In this document: positions 36,337 through 46,674 of the stretch, one piece after another
Numbering within the stretch: the stretch's first letter is position 1
Layout of the letters: each line of letters starts with the position of its first letter
Origin: an uncultured Thermoanaerobaculia bacterium
GTDB lineage: Bacteria > Acidobacteriota > Thermoanaerobaculia > Thermoanaerobaculales > Sulfomarinibacteraceae
DNA: 64,000 nucleotides
Reading direction: 5' to 3'
NCBI GenBank assembly: GCA_964641415.1
Contig: CAZXMW010000005.1
Coordinates: 14,760 to 78,759 of the forward strand
Made by a program: the position numbers and the translations under genes
Notes under the pieces: model-generated
The model's database searches: none
The model's input: only the letters and a program-made list of their open reading frames with translations
Told to the model about the DNA's origin: nothing

Positions 36337-38763
36337 TCAGTTCCGCAGCGGCTTGTTGTTGACCAGCATGTACTTGATCCGGTCCTGGGTCTTGGGCTCG
36401 CCGCACAGCGAGAGGAACGCCTCGCGCTCGAGGTCGAGGATGGTCTGCTCGTCGACCGGATCGTTGATCGTCGTGTCGCCGCCGGTGAGGATCCGACCGA
36501 GGTGGGTGGCGATCTTCTCGTCGTGTGACGAGATCCAGTGGGTCAGCTTCATGTTGTGAAGCATCATCTTGAGCGTTGCCAGCCCTTCTTCGCCCGGTAG
36601 TCTGTAGGTCTTCGGCATCGGCGGCGTGTAACCCTCCTCAGCCATGGCGATGGCCATTCGTTTGGCGGTCCACAGCTGCTGTTCGCGGTTGATCTCCACC
36701 TTGTCGTAGGGCCGCAGGAACTTGCGGTCGCGAGCTTCCTCGCCCGACGTGGCGACCTTGGCCATACCGATGTTCTCGAAGGCGGTCCGGATGAAGGGAA
36801 TCTGCGACAGCACCGGCTGATCGATGCCCTCGAGCACTCGCTCGAGCATGTACAGGCAGCCGCCGCCGGCCGGAATGACGCCGACCCCGACCTCGACCAG
36901 CCCGATGTACGACTCGGCGGCGGCGCACACCCGGTCGGCGCCCATGGTAATCTCACAACCGCCGCCGAAGGTGAAGCCGAAGGGCGCTGAGATCACCGGG
37001 ACCGAAGCGCGGCGCAGACCGATGGTCATGCCCTGGAAGATCCCGATCATCTCTTCGAGCCCGGCCCACTGGTCGGCTTGAACCGCCTCGAGGATCGCGA
37101 GCAGGTTGGCGCCTGCGCTGAAGTTCTCCCCCTGGTGGTGGATGACGAGACCGCGGAAGTCGCGCTCAGCGATCTCGACGCCCTTGATCATGACTTCGGT
37201 GATGAACTCGTCGACCGGGTTGAGCTTCGGTTGCAGGGTCGAGTGGAACTCGATGCAGGCGATCCCGTCGCCGATGTCGACCAGGGAGGCGCCGCGGTTG
37301 CCGAAGACGACCTTGCGTTCATCGAGCTTGATCTGGGACAGCACCAGGAAGGACTCGGGCTTCGGCTCGGCAACGTGGGTCGAGGACGTGGGATCGTACA
37401 CGCTGCGGCCGTCGGCCGACTCGACGTAGAAGCTGTCGTGACCGGCGACGAGCATGTCCTCGACCCATTTCGCGGGCTCGACTCCGTCGGCGGTCATCCG
37501 GTCGACGGTGGCCTTGACGCCGAGCGCGTCCCAGGTTTCGAACGGTCCGAGAGCCCAGTTGAAGCCCCATTTGAGTGCGTTGTCGACATCGACGAGGGTG
37601 TCGGAGATCTCGCCGATCCGGCGCGATGTGTAGGCGAGGGTGTCACGCAGCACGGCCCACGCGAACCGACCGGCTCGGTCGTCGGTCTCGACCAGCTGCT
37701 TGATTCTCTGGCCGACATCGTTGGTCTTCTTGGCCTTGCCCAATGACGGGTACTTGTAGGTCTGCTTGGGCCTCTTTTCTCCGGTCTTCCAGTCCAGAAC
37801 GAGCTTGGTCTTGGACCCGTCGGGGTTCTTCTGAATGCCGGTGAAGCCGCCCTTGTCCTTGGTCTTGCGGCCGAGCGCGCCGTCGGCGATGAGCTTTTCG
37901 ACGAAGTCCGGAACCGTGAACAGCTCGCGCTCCTCGTCGTCCGGGCAGCCGTCGGCGATGGTCTTGATGACGTGGGCCATGACGTCGATCCCGACGAGGT
38001 CGGCGGTGCCGAAGGTGGCGCTGCTCGGGTGGCCCATGGCCGGGCCCGTGATGGCGTCGACCTCGTCCACCTGGTAGTCCATTTCGATCATGTGGCGGAG
38101 CGTCGCGGCGATGCCGTAGACGCCGATGCGGTTGCCGACGAAGTTCGGCGTGTCCTTGCCGAAGACGATGCCCTTGCCGAGCCGGAAACGACCGAAGTCG
38201 GCGAAGAAGTCCGTGATCTCGGGCAGCGTGTGTTCGCCGGCAACGAGCTCGAGGAGCTTCATGTAACGGACCGGATTGAAGAAGTGGGTCACCAGGAAAT
38301 GTTGCTTGAATTCGTCGGACCGGCCTTCGGTCATGCCCTTGATCGACAGCCCCGATGTGTTGGACGAGACGATGGCGCCGGGCTTGCGGACCTCCTCGAG
38401 GCGCGCGAACATCTTCTGCTTGACGTCGAGCCTCTCGACAACGACCTCGACGATCCAGTCGCACTCCGCCAGACGATCCCAGTCGTCGTCGAAGTTCCCG
38501 ATCTCGATGAGGGGAAGGAAGCGCGGGCTGTACAGGGCCGCCGGCTTGCTCTTCTTGAGCCCCTGGAGCCCGTTGAGCGCGAACTTGTTGCGGAACCGCG
38601 GGTCCGATTCGGTCAAACCCTTCGAAATGTCGTCCTCGGTGAGGTCGGACGGCACGATGTCGAGCATCAATACCGGAATCCCGGCGTTGGCGAGGTGGGC
38701 GGCAATCCCGGAGCCCATGACTCCGGCTCCGAGAACTGCGGCCCGTTCGATCTTTCTAGGCAT
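36337..38763 (-). CDS. fadN: Bifunctional 3-hydroxyacyl-CoA dehydrogenase / enoyl-CoA hydratase (FadN-type, dehydrogenase domain N-terminal)
   Basis: The N-terminal Rossmann motif is [12 protein letters not shown]. The crotonase domain in the C-terminal half reads [11 protein letters not shown]. The protein is 808 aa. Confidence 0.85.
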   Translation of the reverse strand: MPRKIERAAVLGAGVMGSGIAAHLANAGIPVLMLDIVPSDLTEDDISKGLTESDPRFRNKFALNGLQGLKKSKPAALYSPRFLPLIEIGNFDDDWDRLAECDWIVEVVVERLDVKQKMFARLEEVRKPGAIVSSNTSGLSIKGMTEGRSDEFKQHFLVTHFFNPVRYMKLLELVAGEHTLPEITDFFADFGRFRLGKGIVFGKDTPNFVGNRIGVYGIAATLRHMIEMDYQVDEVDAITGPAMGHPSSATFGTADLVGIDVMAHVIKTIADGCPDDEERELFTVPDFVEKLIADGALGRKTKDKGGFTGIQKNPDGSKTKLVLDWKTGEKRPKQTYKYPSLGKAKKTNDVGQRIKQLVETDDRAGRFAWAVLRDTLAYTSRRIGEISDTLVDVDNALKWGFNWALGPFETWDALGVKATVDRMTADGVEPAKWVEDMLVAGHDSFYVESADGRSVYDPTSSTHVAEPKPESFLVLSQIKLDERKVVFGNRGASLVDIGDGIACIEFHSTLQPKLNPVDEFITEVMIKGVEIAERDFRGLVIHHQGENFSAGANLLAILEAVQADQWAGLEEMIGIFQGMTIGLRRASVPVISAPFGFTFGGGCEITMGADRVCAAAESYIGLVEVGVGVIPAGGGCLYMLERVLEGIDQPVLSQIPFIRTAFENIGMAKVATSGEEARDRKFLRPYDKVEINREQQLWTAKRMAIAMAEEGYTPPMPKTYRLPGEEGLATLKMMLHNMKLTHWISSHDEKIATHLGRILTGGDTTINDPVDEQTILDLEREAFLSLCGEPKTQDRIKYMLVNNKPLRN

Positions 38764-38852
38764 GGATCAACCTCCCGATATCAGTGATGGTGAGCCCCTG
38801 GACCGTCAGACGGTGTCGTCGACCGGTTTGGTCGCGGCAGGGGTGACGTCTG

Positions 38853-38872
38853 ATGAATGAACACTCATTCAT
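38853..38872. promoter_or_regulatory. 20-bp palindromic operator ATGAATGA-acac-TCATTCAT upstream of fadN-fadA
   Basis: It has perfect 8-bp arms and is AT-rich in a GC-rich context. It overlaps the -10/TSS of the predicted minus-strand promoter. Confidence 0.65.
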
Positions 38873-38899
38873 TCTGAACCATCTGCCGCGAGTTGGCAA
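38871..38899 (-). promoter_or_regulatory. Candidate sigma70-type promoter of fadN-fadA
   Basis: The minus strand reads TTGCCA-N17-CAGAAT. The -10 element overlaps the palindrome by 2 nt. Confidence 0.5.
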
Positions 38900-39117
38900 G
38901 AGCCGGATCCGAATGGCAGCGGAACGACCAGCGTCTGACCGGGTATCATCCGGAACGGCGAGTTCTATCTCTAGATTTTACTTGGACTTCAGTGAATTGT
39001 GCAGAGGGGCTCCCGGAAGATTGTCGCGCTGCGGCAACGACGTGGCGCCACCGACGCCACGAACGGCAGCGACCCTGTCCGCGGTCCGCGCACCGGAATC
39101 GGGATAGAATGGCCGAG

Positions 39118-39149
39118 GGAGATCGTCCGCGAGAATCGCCATCTCAAGG
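39118..39149 (+). repeat. Partial copy F (3' module only) of the roughly 160-nt repeat family
   Basis: gagatcgtccgcgagaatcgccatctcaagg compares with copy A cagatcgccggtgagaatcgctcatctcagg. Confidence 0.65.
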
Positions 39150-39156
39150 GAGAACG

Positions 39157-39258
39157 ATGCAAACCGGCCTGGACACTCTGTCCGAATTGAAATATGTTAT
39201 CCTCTTTTATATCGTGTATGGAGTGGTCGTATCAAGTACGAATCCTGAGTTGTCGTGA
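39157..39258 (+). CDS. Candidate 33-aa hydrophobic small protein
   Basis: The product is MQTGLDTLSELKYVILFYIVYGVVVSSTNPELS. An aagggag SD lies 4 nt upstream. The codon usage is unusually AT-rich. Confidence 0.35.
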   Translation: MQTGLDTLSELKYVILFYIVYGVVVSSTNPELS

Positions 39259-39308
39259 CGATCATGACGAGAACAACAGCTTCGGCAACGCAACTCGAGG
39301 AAGGATCC

Positions 39309-40562
39309 ATGATCAACCTCAGACCTCAGCTTGCGATGTGCCTCGCGGTGCTGGTACTGGCGGCGCCGACGGCGTTCGCCCAGCAGGGCCAGGGTGAGCT
39401 CGAACCCCCGAACGCCCAGTCTGGAAAGGTCAATCCCAATCCGAGCGAGGCGATCCCGATCGGACCGTTCCTGTTCAGCCCCGCGGTGCAGCTCAACTGG
39501 CAGCACCGCGACAATATCTTCTTCACGCCCGAGAATGAGGTCTCGGATCAGGTTCTGATGGCCCGCGCTCGTCTCCAGTTCGAGCTGCCGATCTACGAAT
39601 CCTATGTTCTGTTTTCGTACACGCCACAGTACCGCGCGTACAGCGACTACGAGCTTGATGACAAGTGGGGACATTTCATCGACGTTCTCGGCGGTTTTGA
39701 ATTCTCGAACGGAGTTGTCCTGGAGACCACGTACAAGTATATGGAAGGCAACCTCGAGACCCGCGAGGTCGATCCGGGCGGCGAGCTGGTGTGGGGCGAT
39801 CGGCTGTTCAAGAAGCACTTCGCGGCGGCGCGTCTCGACTACTGGATCACGAACACCGACGGGCTCACCATCTTCGCCGACTACACGGATCTGTCGCACG
39901 AGGATCCAGATCTGTTCTACGACTACACGCGGCTGATCGCAGGAGCCGGGTGGCTGCACCAGATCAGCGAGGTGCTGGTCCTGAACCTGGCCTACCGCCA
40001 CACCGAGTTCGAGCCGACCCAGACCGTCGAGTTTCGCGAGTCGAGCTCCGACGAGCTGACGGTGGGGCTGCGCGGCAATGTCAGCCCGGTGGTTGCGACC
40101 GAGCTCGTCGTCGGCTACCGGAACACGTCGTACAACGTCCAGCCCGGCGACCCGCCGGTGAGCGACTTCAGCGGCTTCATCATGAACGGCTGGGTCAACT
40201 GGGAGCTCGGCCACGGGTCGTCACTCAGGCTCGACCTGCTGCGCTCGGACTACCCGTCGAACTACGGCATCAACGCCAACTACGTCGCGACCGGCGGCAG
40301 CCTGCAGTATCAGTTCGACCGGCACCGTTTCTACGCCCAGGCCCGGGCCCGCTATCAGGTCAACGACTACGAGCTGCCCGACATCAGCACCGGCGAAGAC
40401 CGCGAGGATCCGATCACGACCTACGCTCTCGGTCTGGGCTACCGTTTCGGTCCGTACATTTCGTTGTGGGGCGGCTACCTCCGTGAGAACAGGGACTCGA
40501 CGATCCACCAGTATTCCTACGACTACAACGTCTTCACCCTCGGGCTGGTGGTCGGATACTGA
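39309..40562 (+). CDS. Outer-membrane beta-barrel protein (polysaccharide-locus type)
   Basis: The signal peptide ends AFAQQ. There is an alternating beta-strand pattern, and the C-terminus is ...YNVFTLGLVVGY. Confidence 0.65.
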   Translation: MINLRPQLAMCLAVLVLAAPTAFAQQGQGELEPPNAQSGKVNPNPSEAIPIGPFLFSPAVQLNWQHRDNIFFTPENEVSDQVLMARARLQFELPIYESYVLFSYTPQYRAYSDYELDDKWGHFIDVLGGFEFSNGVVLETTYKYMEGNLETREVDPGGELVWGDRLFKKHFAAARLDYWITNTDGLTIFADYTDLSHEDPDLFYDYTRLIAGAGWLHQISEVLVLNLAYRHTEFEPTQTVEFRESSSDELTVGLRGNVSPVVATELVVGYRNTSYNVQPGDPPVSDFSGFIMNGWVNWELGHGSSLRLDLLRSDYPSNYGINANYVATGGSLQYQFDRHRFYAQARARYQVNDYELPDISTGEDREDPITTYALGLGYRFGPYISLWGGYLRENRDSTIHQYSYDYNVFTLGLVVGY

Positions 40563-40608
40563 TCTGTTGTCGGACACCGATCGAGTGAAATTGTGGTACG
40601 GTCCGGCC

Positions 40609-41442
40609 ATGCGCCGGATGGTTGTTCTGTCGTGTCTCCTCGGGCTCGCCGCGTTCGTCATACCGGCCGGTGCAGACAGCGTCGTGGCGGAGGCGGGCTA
40701 TCGGGTCGGCGCCGGGGACGTTCTCGACGTGGAGGCTTACAGCCACGACGAAATCTCGGGCCGGTTCGCGGTCGAGGAGACCGGAGAGGTCAGCTTTCCG
40801 CTACTCGGCAGGGTTCCGGTTGCGGGACGCACCACGGCCGAGGTCGCCGAGCTGCTGGAAACCCTCCTCGAAAAGGACTACTACGTCGACGTCCAGCTCC
40901 AGGTCGAGGTCGAGACCTTTCGGTCGCAGCCGGTCACCGTGCTCGGCGAGGTGTCCCGCCCCGGGACCTACTATCTGGAAGGTCGGACCGGGCTGCATAC
41001 GATTCTCGCCGAGGCGGGCGGCCTCAAGACCTCAGCCGGGCCGGTGGTCGAGCTGCGTCGTCTCGAAATGGTCGACAGCGAGGAGCGCCCGGTGGTCCGG
41101 ATCTTCAGCACGGCTGCCCTGCTCACGGGAGAAGACGGCCGCGATGTCATTCTGAGGCCGGGCGACGTGATCTCGGTGTCGGCCAAGCAACGTTACTTCA
41201 TCACCGGCGAGGTCGCCAGCCCGGGTCAGTACGATCTGACGCCCGACATGACCCTGATGCAGGCGATCTCGCAGGCCGGCGGTCAGGGGAAGTTCGCGTC
41301 GCAAAGCGTCGAGGTGCACCGGGGCGGCAATGGGGACAAGGAGATCCACGAGTTCGACCTGGCCCAGATCCGCAAGGGCCGGATCCCGGACCCGACCATC
41401 GAGGCCGGCGACGTCGTCATCATCCGACGGCGCTTTTTCTGA
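40609..41442 (+). CDS. Polysaccharide export protein (Wza-like: Poly_export plus SLBB domains)
   Basis: The sequence reads YRVGAGDVLDVEAY...G.V.FPLLGRV.VAG.T..E... and has two SLBB-like segments, including VTVLGEVSRPGTYYL and YFITGEVASPGQYDL. Confidence 0.8.
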   Translation: MRRMVVLSCLLGLAAFVIPAGADSVVAEAGYRVGAGDVLDVEAYSHDEISGRFAVEETGEVSFPLLGRVPVAGRTTAEVAELLETLLEKDYYVDVQLQVEVETFRSQPVTVLGEVSRPGTYYLEGRTGLHTILAEAGGLKTSAGPVVELRRLEMVDSEERPVVRIFSTAALLTGEDGRDVILRPGDVISVSAKQRYFITGEVASPGQYDLTPDMTLMQAISQAGGQGKFASQSVEVHRGGNGDKEIHEFDLAQIRKGRIPDPTIEAGDVVIIRRRFF

Positions 41443-41464
41443 GCGCGGCCGCGCGGCGCACAGG

Positions 41465-41493
41465 TTGACACCTCGGTGGGCGGGACGTACGAT
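41465..41493 (+). promoter_or_regulatory. Candidate sigma70-type promoter
   Basis: The elements are TTGACA-N17-TACGAT, followed by a ggagg RBS and ATG 41520. Confidence 0.55.
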
Positions 41494-41519
41494 AAGTCGA
41501 GAGCACACGGAGGTCTCAT

Positions 41520-41978
41520 ATGCGATGGCTGTTGACGGTATGCGCGATGCTCCTTTTGACCCCTGCCGTGGCGGTCGCCCAGGGTGATCCGAAGGACGTC
41601 CGCTACGAGGGCGCCATCACCCATGGTGAGGCCGCCCAGCTCATGCTCAAGATCGCCGCCGGTTACGCCGAGGCGACGCCCGATCCCCAGTCCGCGCACG
41701 AGCGGCTCCAGAGCTGGGGCATCGTGCCGGTGACCTGGGCTTGGGACGACCCGCTGCTGCACGGCGAGCTGGCTCAGATGCTCGAGCACCTCGGAATCGA
41801 ATACCTGCCCGCCAAGGCCGACTCGCCGGTATCCGGGGTTTTTCTCGAGGCGCTGCTGTGGCGCGAGGTGACCAAGCTCCGCGACTACCACGCAAAACGT
41901 CTCGGCCACGGATTCTCGGCCAACCACGTGCTCGACGCTGGCGTCGACCGGGCGGTCAGTCCATCGGACTTCAACTGA
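41520..41978 (+). CDS. Hypothetical secreted protein
   Basis: The signal peptide is MRWLLTVCAMLLLTPAVAVAQG. It has its own promoter and RBS. Confidence 0.55.
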   Translation: MRWLLTVCAMLLLTPAVAVAQGDPKDVRYEGAITHGEAAQLMLKIAAGYAEATPDPQSAHERLQSWGIVPVTWAWDDPLLHGELAQMLEHLGIEYLPAKADSPVSGVFLEALLWREVTKLRDYHAKRLGHGFSANHVLDAGVDRAVSPSDFN

Positions 41979-42116
41979 ACGAGACCGGACGAAAAGCGTC
42001 ACACGACACGATCCACGAGGCGGCTCAGGCCGCCTCGTTTGGTTTGGTGGGCCGAGGTACACTCGCGTGGCTCGCTGCGGAAGCCGCGACCGTTCCCGAA
42101 AAGGAGGCACTTCGAC

Positions 42117-42899
<783 letters not shown>

Positions 42900-42995
42900 A
42901 CGGCCGTCGTCGGATCGCCGGACGCACGAATCGTCCTTGATGCGACGGCCGAAGCCTCGTAGTATTGTTGCATACGAGTATGTGAGGAGGACCGC

Positions 42996-43460
42996 GTGAG
43001 CGAAGGTGGTGATGGGCCGAGCAAGATCAAGGTTGTGGATCGGCGACGTTTCGACGACAGCGGAGAGCCGAGGCCGGATCGTCCGGCGCCCGAGCCCAAA
43101 CCGAAACCGGAACGCCAGGATCCGCTGACCGGATCGGTCGGGGATGGGCGGACGGCAGCGCCAGACAGTGCCGGCCCGGCCCCCGGGGCTTCGGCAACAG
43201 TGCCCGGTGAAGGGTCGACTGCCGATGCGGCGGGCTCGCCGTTGTTTCTGGAGCTTGTCGCGGCGCTCGCTCAACAGGCGGAGATCCTCATCACCGGCGG
43301 CCAGGGCCTCCCCGCTCAGCCTGCCGAGGCACAACGGGTCATCGACTATCTCGGTGTTCTGGAGAGCAAGACCCGTGGCAATCTTTCGTCCGAAGAGAAG
43401 CAGATTCTGTCCAATGTAATTTTCCAGCTCCGGACACTCTACGTTCAACAGGCAAGATGA
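42996..43460 (+). CDS. DUF1844 domain protein
   Basis: The C-terminal block reads FLELVAALAQQAEILI...AQRVIDYLGVLESKTRGNLSSEEKQILSNVIFQLRTLY. The start is GTG. Confidence 0.7.
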   Translation: MSEGGDGPSKIKVVDRRRFDDSGEPRPDRPAPEPKPKPERQDPLTGSVGDGRTAAPDSAGPAPGASATVPGEGSTADAAGSPLFLELVAALAQQAEILITGGQGLPAQPAEAQRVIDYLGVLESKTRGNLSSEEKQILSNVIFQLRTLYVQQAR

Positions 43461-45262
43461 AACCGCTGGCCCGCGTGTCGATCCTGGTGTGCGCCGCGTT
43501 CGTGGCGGCACCGGTGAGCGCCACGGTTGACGAGGCATGGCTCGGGGTCCAGGAGGTTCTGTCGGCGCCGGAGGATCGGGCGCTCGATGAGCCGGTCGAC
43601 GACCTGGTTCGAGCGGCGGAAGAGATCGATGTCCGACGCCTGACGCCCCAAGCCTCGGCGATGGTCGCCTGGTCGATCAGCCACCCCGAGCAAGGCGACG
43701 CGGCGATGCGAACGGCGATTCGCTTTGACTCGCAGCTGCCGGCGCCCCACTTCCTGCTGTCGAGTCGCAGCTGGCAACGTGGAGCCTATCTCGAAAGCGC
43801 ATCGCACTACGTGCGCGGGTGGTTGGCCGCGTTTCGCCACGAGGTGACGCGTCGTCACCTGGTGATGTCCCTGGGGATTTGGATCATCCTCGGCGCGGTG
43901 GCGGCCGGGACCGCGGCCATGATCGTGATGACGCTGTACACGCTCTCCCGAACTACATTCGACGCACTGTCGGTCGGCGACATGATCTTCGCGCGTGCCA
44001 ACGCCATCGTCTTCGGCGCAGTGCTCGTGCTGCTGCCGGTGTTCGCCGGGCTCGGACCGGCATGGCTGGTGGTCTATCTCTTCGTCGGTGGCTGGATCTA
44101 CCTGGCCCCCGGTGCGCGAGGCCTCGCGGTCGGGCTGTGCTGCTTCCTCGCTGTGGTTCCGGCATTGCTCGAGACCTGGCAGCGCTCGCTGCTCCGGGTG
44201 CCGCCGGTGACCGAACGGGTTTCGGTCATGCTCGACGAGAGGCAGCTCAACCCGTCAGCTCTTCGCGAGTTTCTCGACCTCAAGGGGGAGTTCGACGGCG
44301 ATCCGCTCTTCCACCTGATTCTCGGGGAGCTGCTGCGCATGCACTCGGCCGTCGAATCCGCCAAGGTCGAGTTCCAGACCGCGGCCGTCGAATCCGCTCA
44401 CGACTCTCGCCCGTACGTGTTCCTCGGCAACATGGCGCTGGAGGACGGCAATGTCCAGCTCGCCATCCAGTACTACGATTCGGCGATCGATCTTGACGAT
44501 CGGACGGCGCTGGCGTACCACAACCTGTCCTCCGCGTACGATCTCATTCGTCGTTTCCAGCAGGGCGATGCGGCCCGGGCGCGGGCCCGCGACCTCGCGG
44601 GCGGCCGCTCGGCAACACTCGGCGTGCGCGGGCGCGATCCGAGAGTCCGTTATCCCGGGGTGACTTCTGACGACGTCGACGAGTTCGTGGTGGGTCTGAC
44701 CGACGAGGGTCGACTCCAGGTCGGTTACAGCGCCGCCTCGTTGCGCTCGGCGGTGCAGCTGTTGAGCCCGACGTCGATGCTGTTCTGGCTCGGTGCGGTG
44801 ATGGGTGGAGCGCTGCTGGCGGCTCGGTCGAGGTGGTTTCCGGCCGCCCGACAGTGCTCGAAGTGCGGCAAGGTGTATCGACTCGAGGACGAACCGGGCG
44901 AGAGCCCACTGTACTGCCGCCAGTGCGTGTCGGTGTTCCTGCAGCGTGACCTGGTGCCCATCGAGCAGCAGACGGCGAAGCTCGCCCAGGTTCGCCGCTG
45001 GGATCGTTGGGTCGACGTCTGCCGCCGCGCGGCCTCGGTGCTCGCTCCAGGGTCGGCCATGATCGTGGGCGACCGGGTCGGTCTCGGTCTCGCGGTCGGA
45101 CTGGCTTCGTGGACCGCGCTGGTCGGTCTCGTCGTGTGGACGCCGAGATTTCTCGAGACCATCGAGCCGACCGTGCCGACTCAGCCGGTGATTGCCGTCC
45201 TCGCGGTCGTGCTCGCTGCGAGCTGGCTGCGCTCCGTGCTCGGGTCGTGGCGGAGGAGTTGA
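43457..45262 (+). CDS. Polytopic membrane protein with TPR-like repeats and a C-terminal zinc ribbon
   Basis: There is a signal peptide and several TM helices. TPR-like segments include AIQYYDSAIDLDDRTALAYHNLSSAY. The zinc ribbon is CSKCG...CRQC. An ATGA overlap links it to the DUF1844 gene. Confidence 0.65.
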   Translation: MKPLARVSILVCAAFVAAPVSATVDEAWLGVQEVLSAPEDRALDEPVDDLVRAAEEIDVRRLTPQASAMVAWSISHPEQGDAAMRTAIRFDSQLPAPHFLLSSRSWQRGAYLESASHYVRGWLAAFRHEVTRRHLVMSLGIWIILGAVAAGTAAMIVMTLYTLSRTTFDALSVGDMIFARANAIVFGAVLVLLPVFAGLGPAWLVVYLFVGGWIYLAPGARGLAVGLCCFLAVVPALLETWQRSLLRVPPVTERVSVMLDERQLNPSALREFLDLKGEFDGDPLFHLILGELLRMHSAVESAKVEFQTAAVESAHDSRPYVFLGNMALEDGNVQLAIQYYDSAIDLDDRTALAYHNLSSAYDLIRRFQQGDAARARARDLAGGRSATLGVRGRDPRVRYPGVTSDDVDEFVVGLTDEGRLQVGYSAASLRSAVQLLSPTSMLFWLGAVMGGALLAARSRWFPAARQCSKCGKVYRLEDEPGESPLYCRQCVSVFLQRDLVPIEQQTAKLAQVRRWDRWVDVCRRAASVLAPGSAMIVGDRVGLGLAVGLASWTALVGLVVWTPRFLETIEPTVPTQPVIAVLAVVLAASWLRSVLGSWRRS

Positions 45263-45263
45263 C

Positions 45264-46571
45264 GTGGCGTTGGAAGGCACTCTCAGGGACTTCTCCTTCG
45301 CTGACATTCTGCAGCTGATCTCGCTGCAGAGGAAGACCGGGGTCCTGACTCTCAAGTCGGATGACAACCTCACCACGATTTCATTCGTCGACGGCAACAT
45401 CGTCGGCGCCTCGACGCTCAACCAACACACCGAGGATCTCATCGGCCTGATCCTGCTCAAGCGCGGCGAGGTCGAGGCTGCGGCTCTCGACGAGGCGCTT
45501 CGGTGGCAGCAGGAAACACTCCAACGTCTGGGTCGGATCTTCATCGACCACGGCGTTGTCACGGTCGAGACGGTTCGCTCTGCCCTGCAACAGCAGATTC
45601 TCCAGATCGTCTACCGCGTCTTTCGCTGGAATGACGGCGATTACCACTTTTCTCAGGAATCGGACATCGACTACGATCGCGAGCTCACCGAGCCGATGGC
45701 TGCCGATCACATCATCATGGAAGGCGCCAGAATGACCGACGAGTGGCCGTTCATCGAGCAACGGCTGCCGGACCGCAACGTGGTTCTCGTTCAGGTCGAT
45801 CCGAGGCGCGAGCTCGAGATGGTCGAACCGGCGTCCGACGATTTTGACAATTTGGGCTTCAGCTTTACCGATACGCCACAGGAGGAGCCGCGGCACGTCG
45901 ACGGGCCCGGCGAAGGACAGGTCACTCCCGATCAACTGGCGGTGTACCGACTGGTCAACGGCAGGGATGACGTTCATGAGGTCATCCTGGCGAGCCCGCT
46001 CATCGAGTTCGAGACCTGCAAGGCCCTGGCGGAGCTCATCGAGAGCGGCCTGATTCGAGAACGCAGCAATCAGGAAACGATCCAAGCGGAGCTTCTGACC
46101 GAAGCCGGGTCGACGAGCCGTCGTCGGCGGATCAACATCAGCGCCTTGCCCTGGCTCGCGATTCCGTTTCTGGTTCTTCTCGGTTTCGCCTTGACGGTCA
46201 TGCCGCGCAACCCGTTCAACCCGACCTTCACGGTGCGGCAGGATTTCTGGCAGCGCTACGTGGTGCAGAGTCAGTCCTGGTTGAAGATGGACTGGCTCGC
46301 GCGGAATGCCGAGGCCGACTTCTTTCTCCGGGGCCTCTATCCCGCCGGGCTGGACACACTTTCGGCCTCGCGTCTCGGCCGCTCGATGGCCGAGGACCCT
46401 TGGCAGCGACCCTATCGGATGGCCATTCGGGGGCACAAGCTCATGTTCACCGGTTCGGACAGTCAGGGCCAGCCGGTGCCGATGCTGATTTTGAGCCGCA
46501 GCCTGGCCTGGGAGGGCGAGGTGCAGGATGCTGTGGACCGAACCGGGCCGGGTCTGATCCTCCTCCCGTAG
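45264..46571 (+). CDS. DUF4388 (PatA-N-like) domain protein with a TM segment
   Basis: The N-terminus reads LEGTLRDFSFADILQLISLQRKTGVLTLKSD...ISFVDGNIVGA. A GTG start lies 1 nt after the upstream stop, with a ggaggag RBS. Confidence 0.7.
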   Translation: MALEGTLRDFSFADILQLISLQRKTGVLTLKSDDNLTTISFVDGNIVGASTLNQHTEDLIGLILLKRGEVEAAALDEALRWQQETLQRLGRIFIDHGVVTVETVRSALQQQILQIVYRVFRWNDGDYHFSQESDIDYDRELTEPMAADHIIMEGARMTDEWPFIEQRLPDRNVVLVQVDPRRELEMVEPASDDFDNLGFSFTDTPQEEPRHVDGPGEGQVTPDQLAVYRLVNGRDDVHEVILASPLIEFETCKALAELIESGLIRERSNQETIQAELLTEAGSTSRRRRINISALPWLAIPFLVLLGFALTVMPRNPFNPTFTVRQDFWQRYVVQSQSWLKMDWLARNAEADFFLRGLYPAGLDTLSASRLGRSMAEDPWQRPYRMAIRGHKLMFTGSDSQGQPVPMLILSRSLAWEGEVQDAVDRTGPGLILLP

Positions 46572-46674
46572 CCGGTCTCGACGCGGGAGGCCGCGCCGCC
46601 GCCTTCTCGGTCGAGCCGCCCGCGCAATCTCACGACAATCCGCCACGTGGGGCGATGCGGTGTGGGTGACGTCT

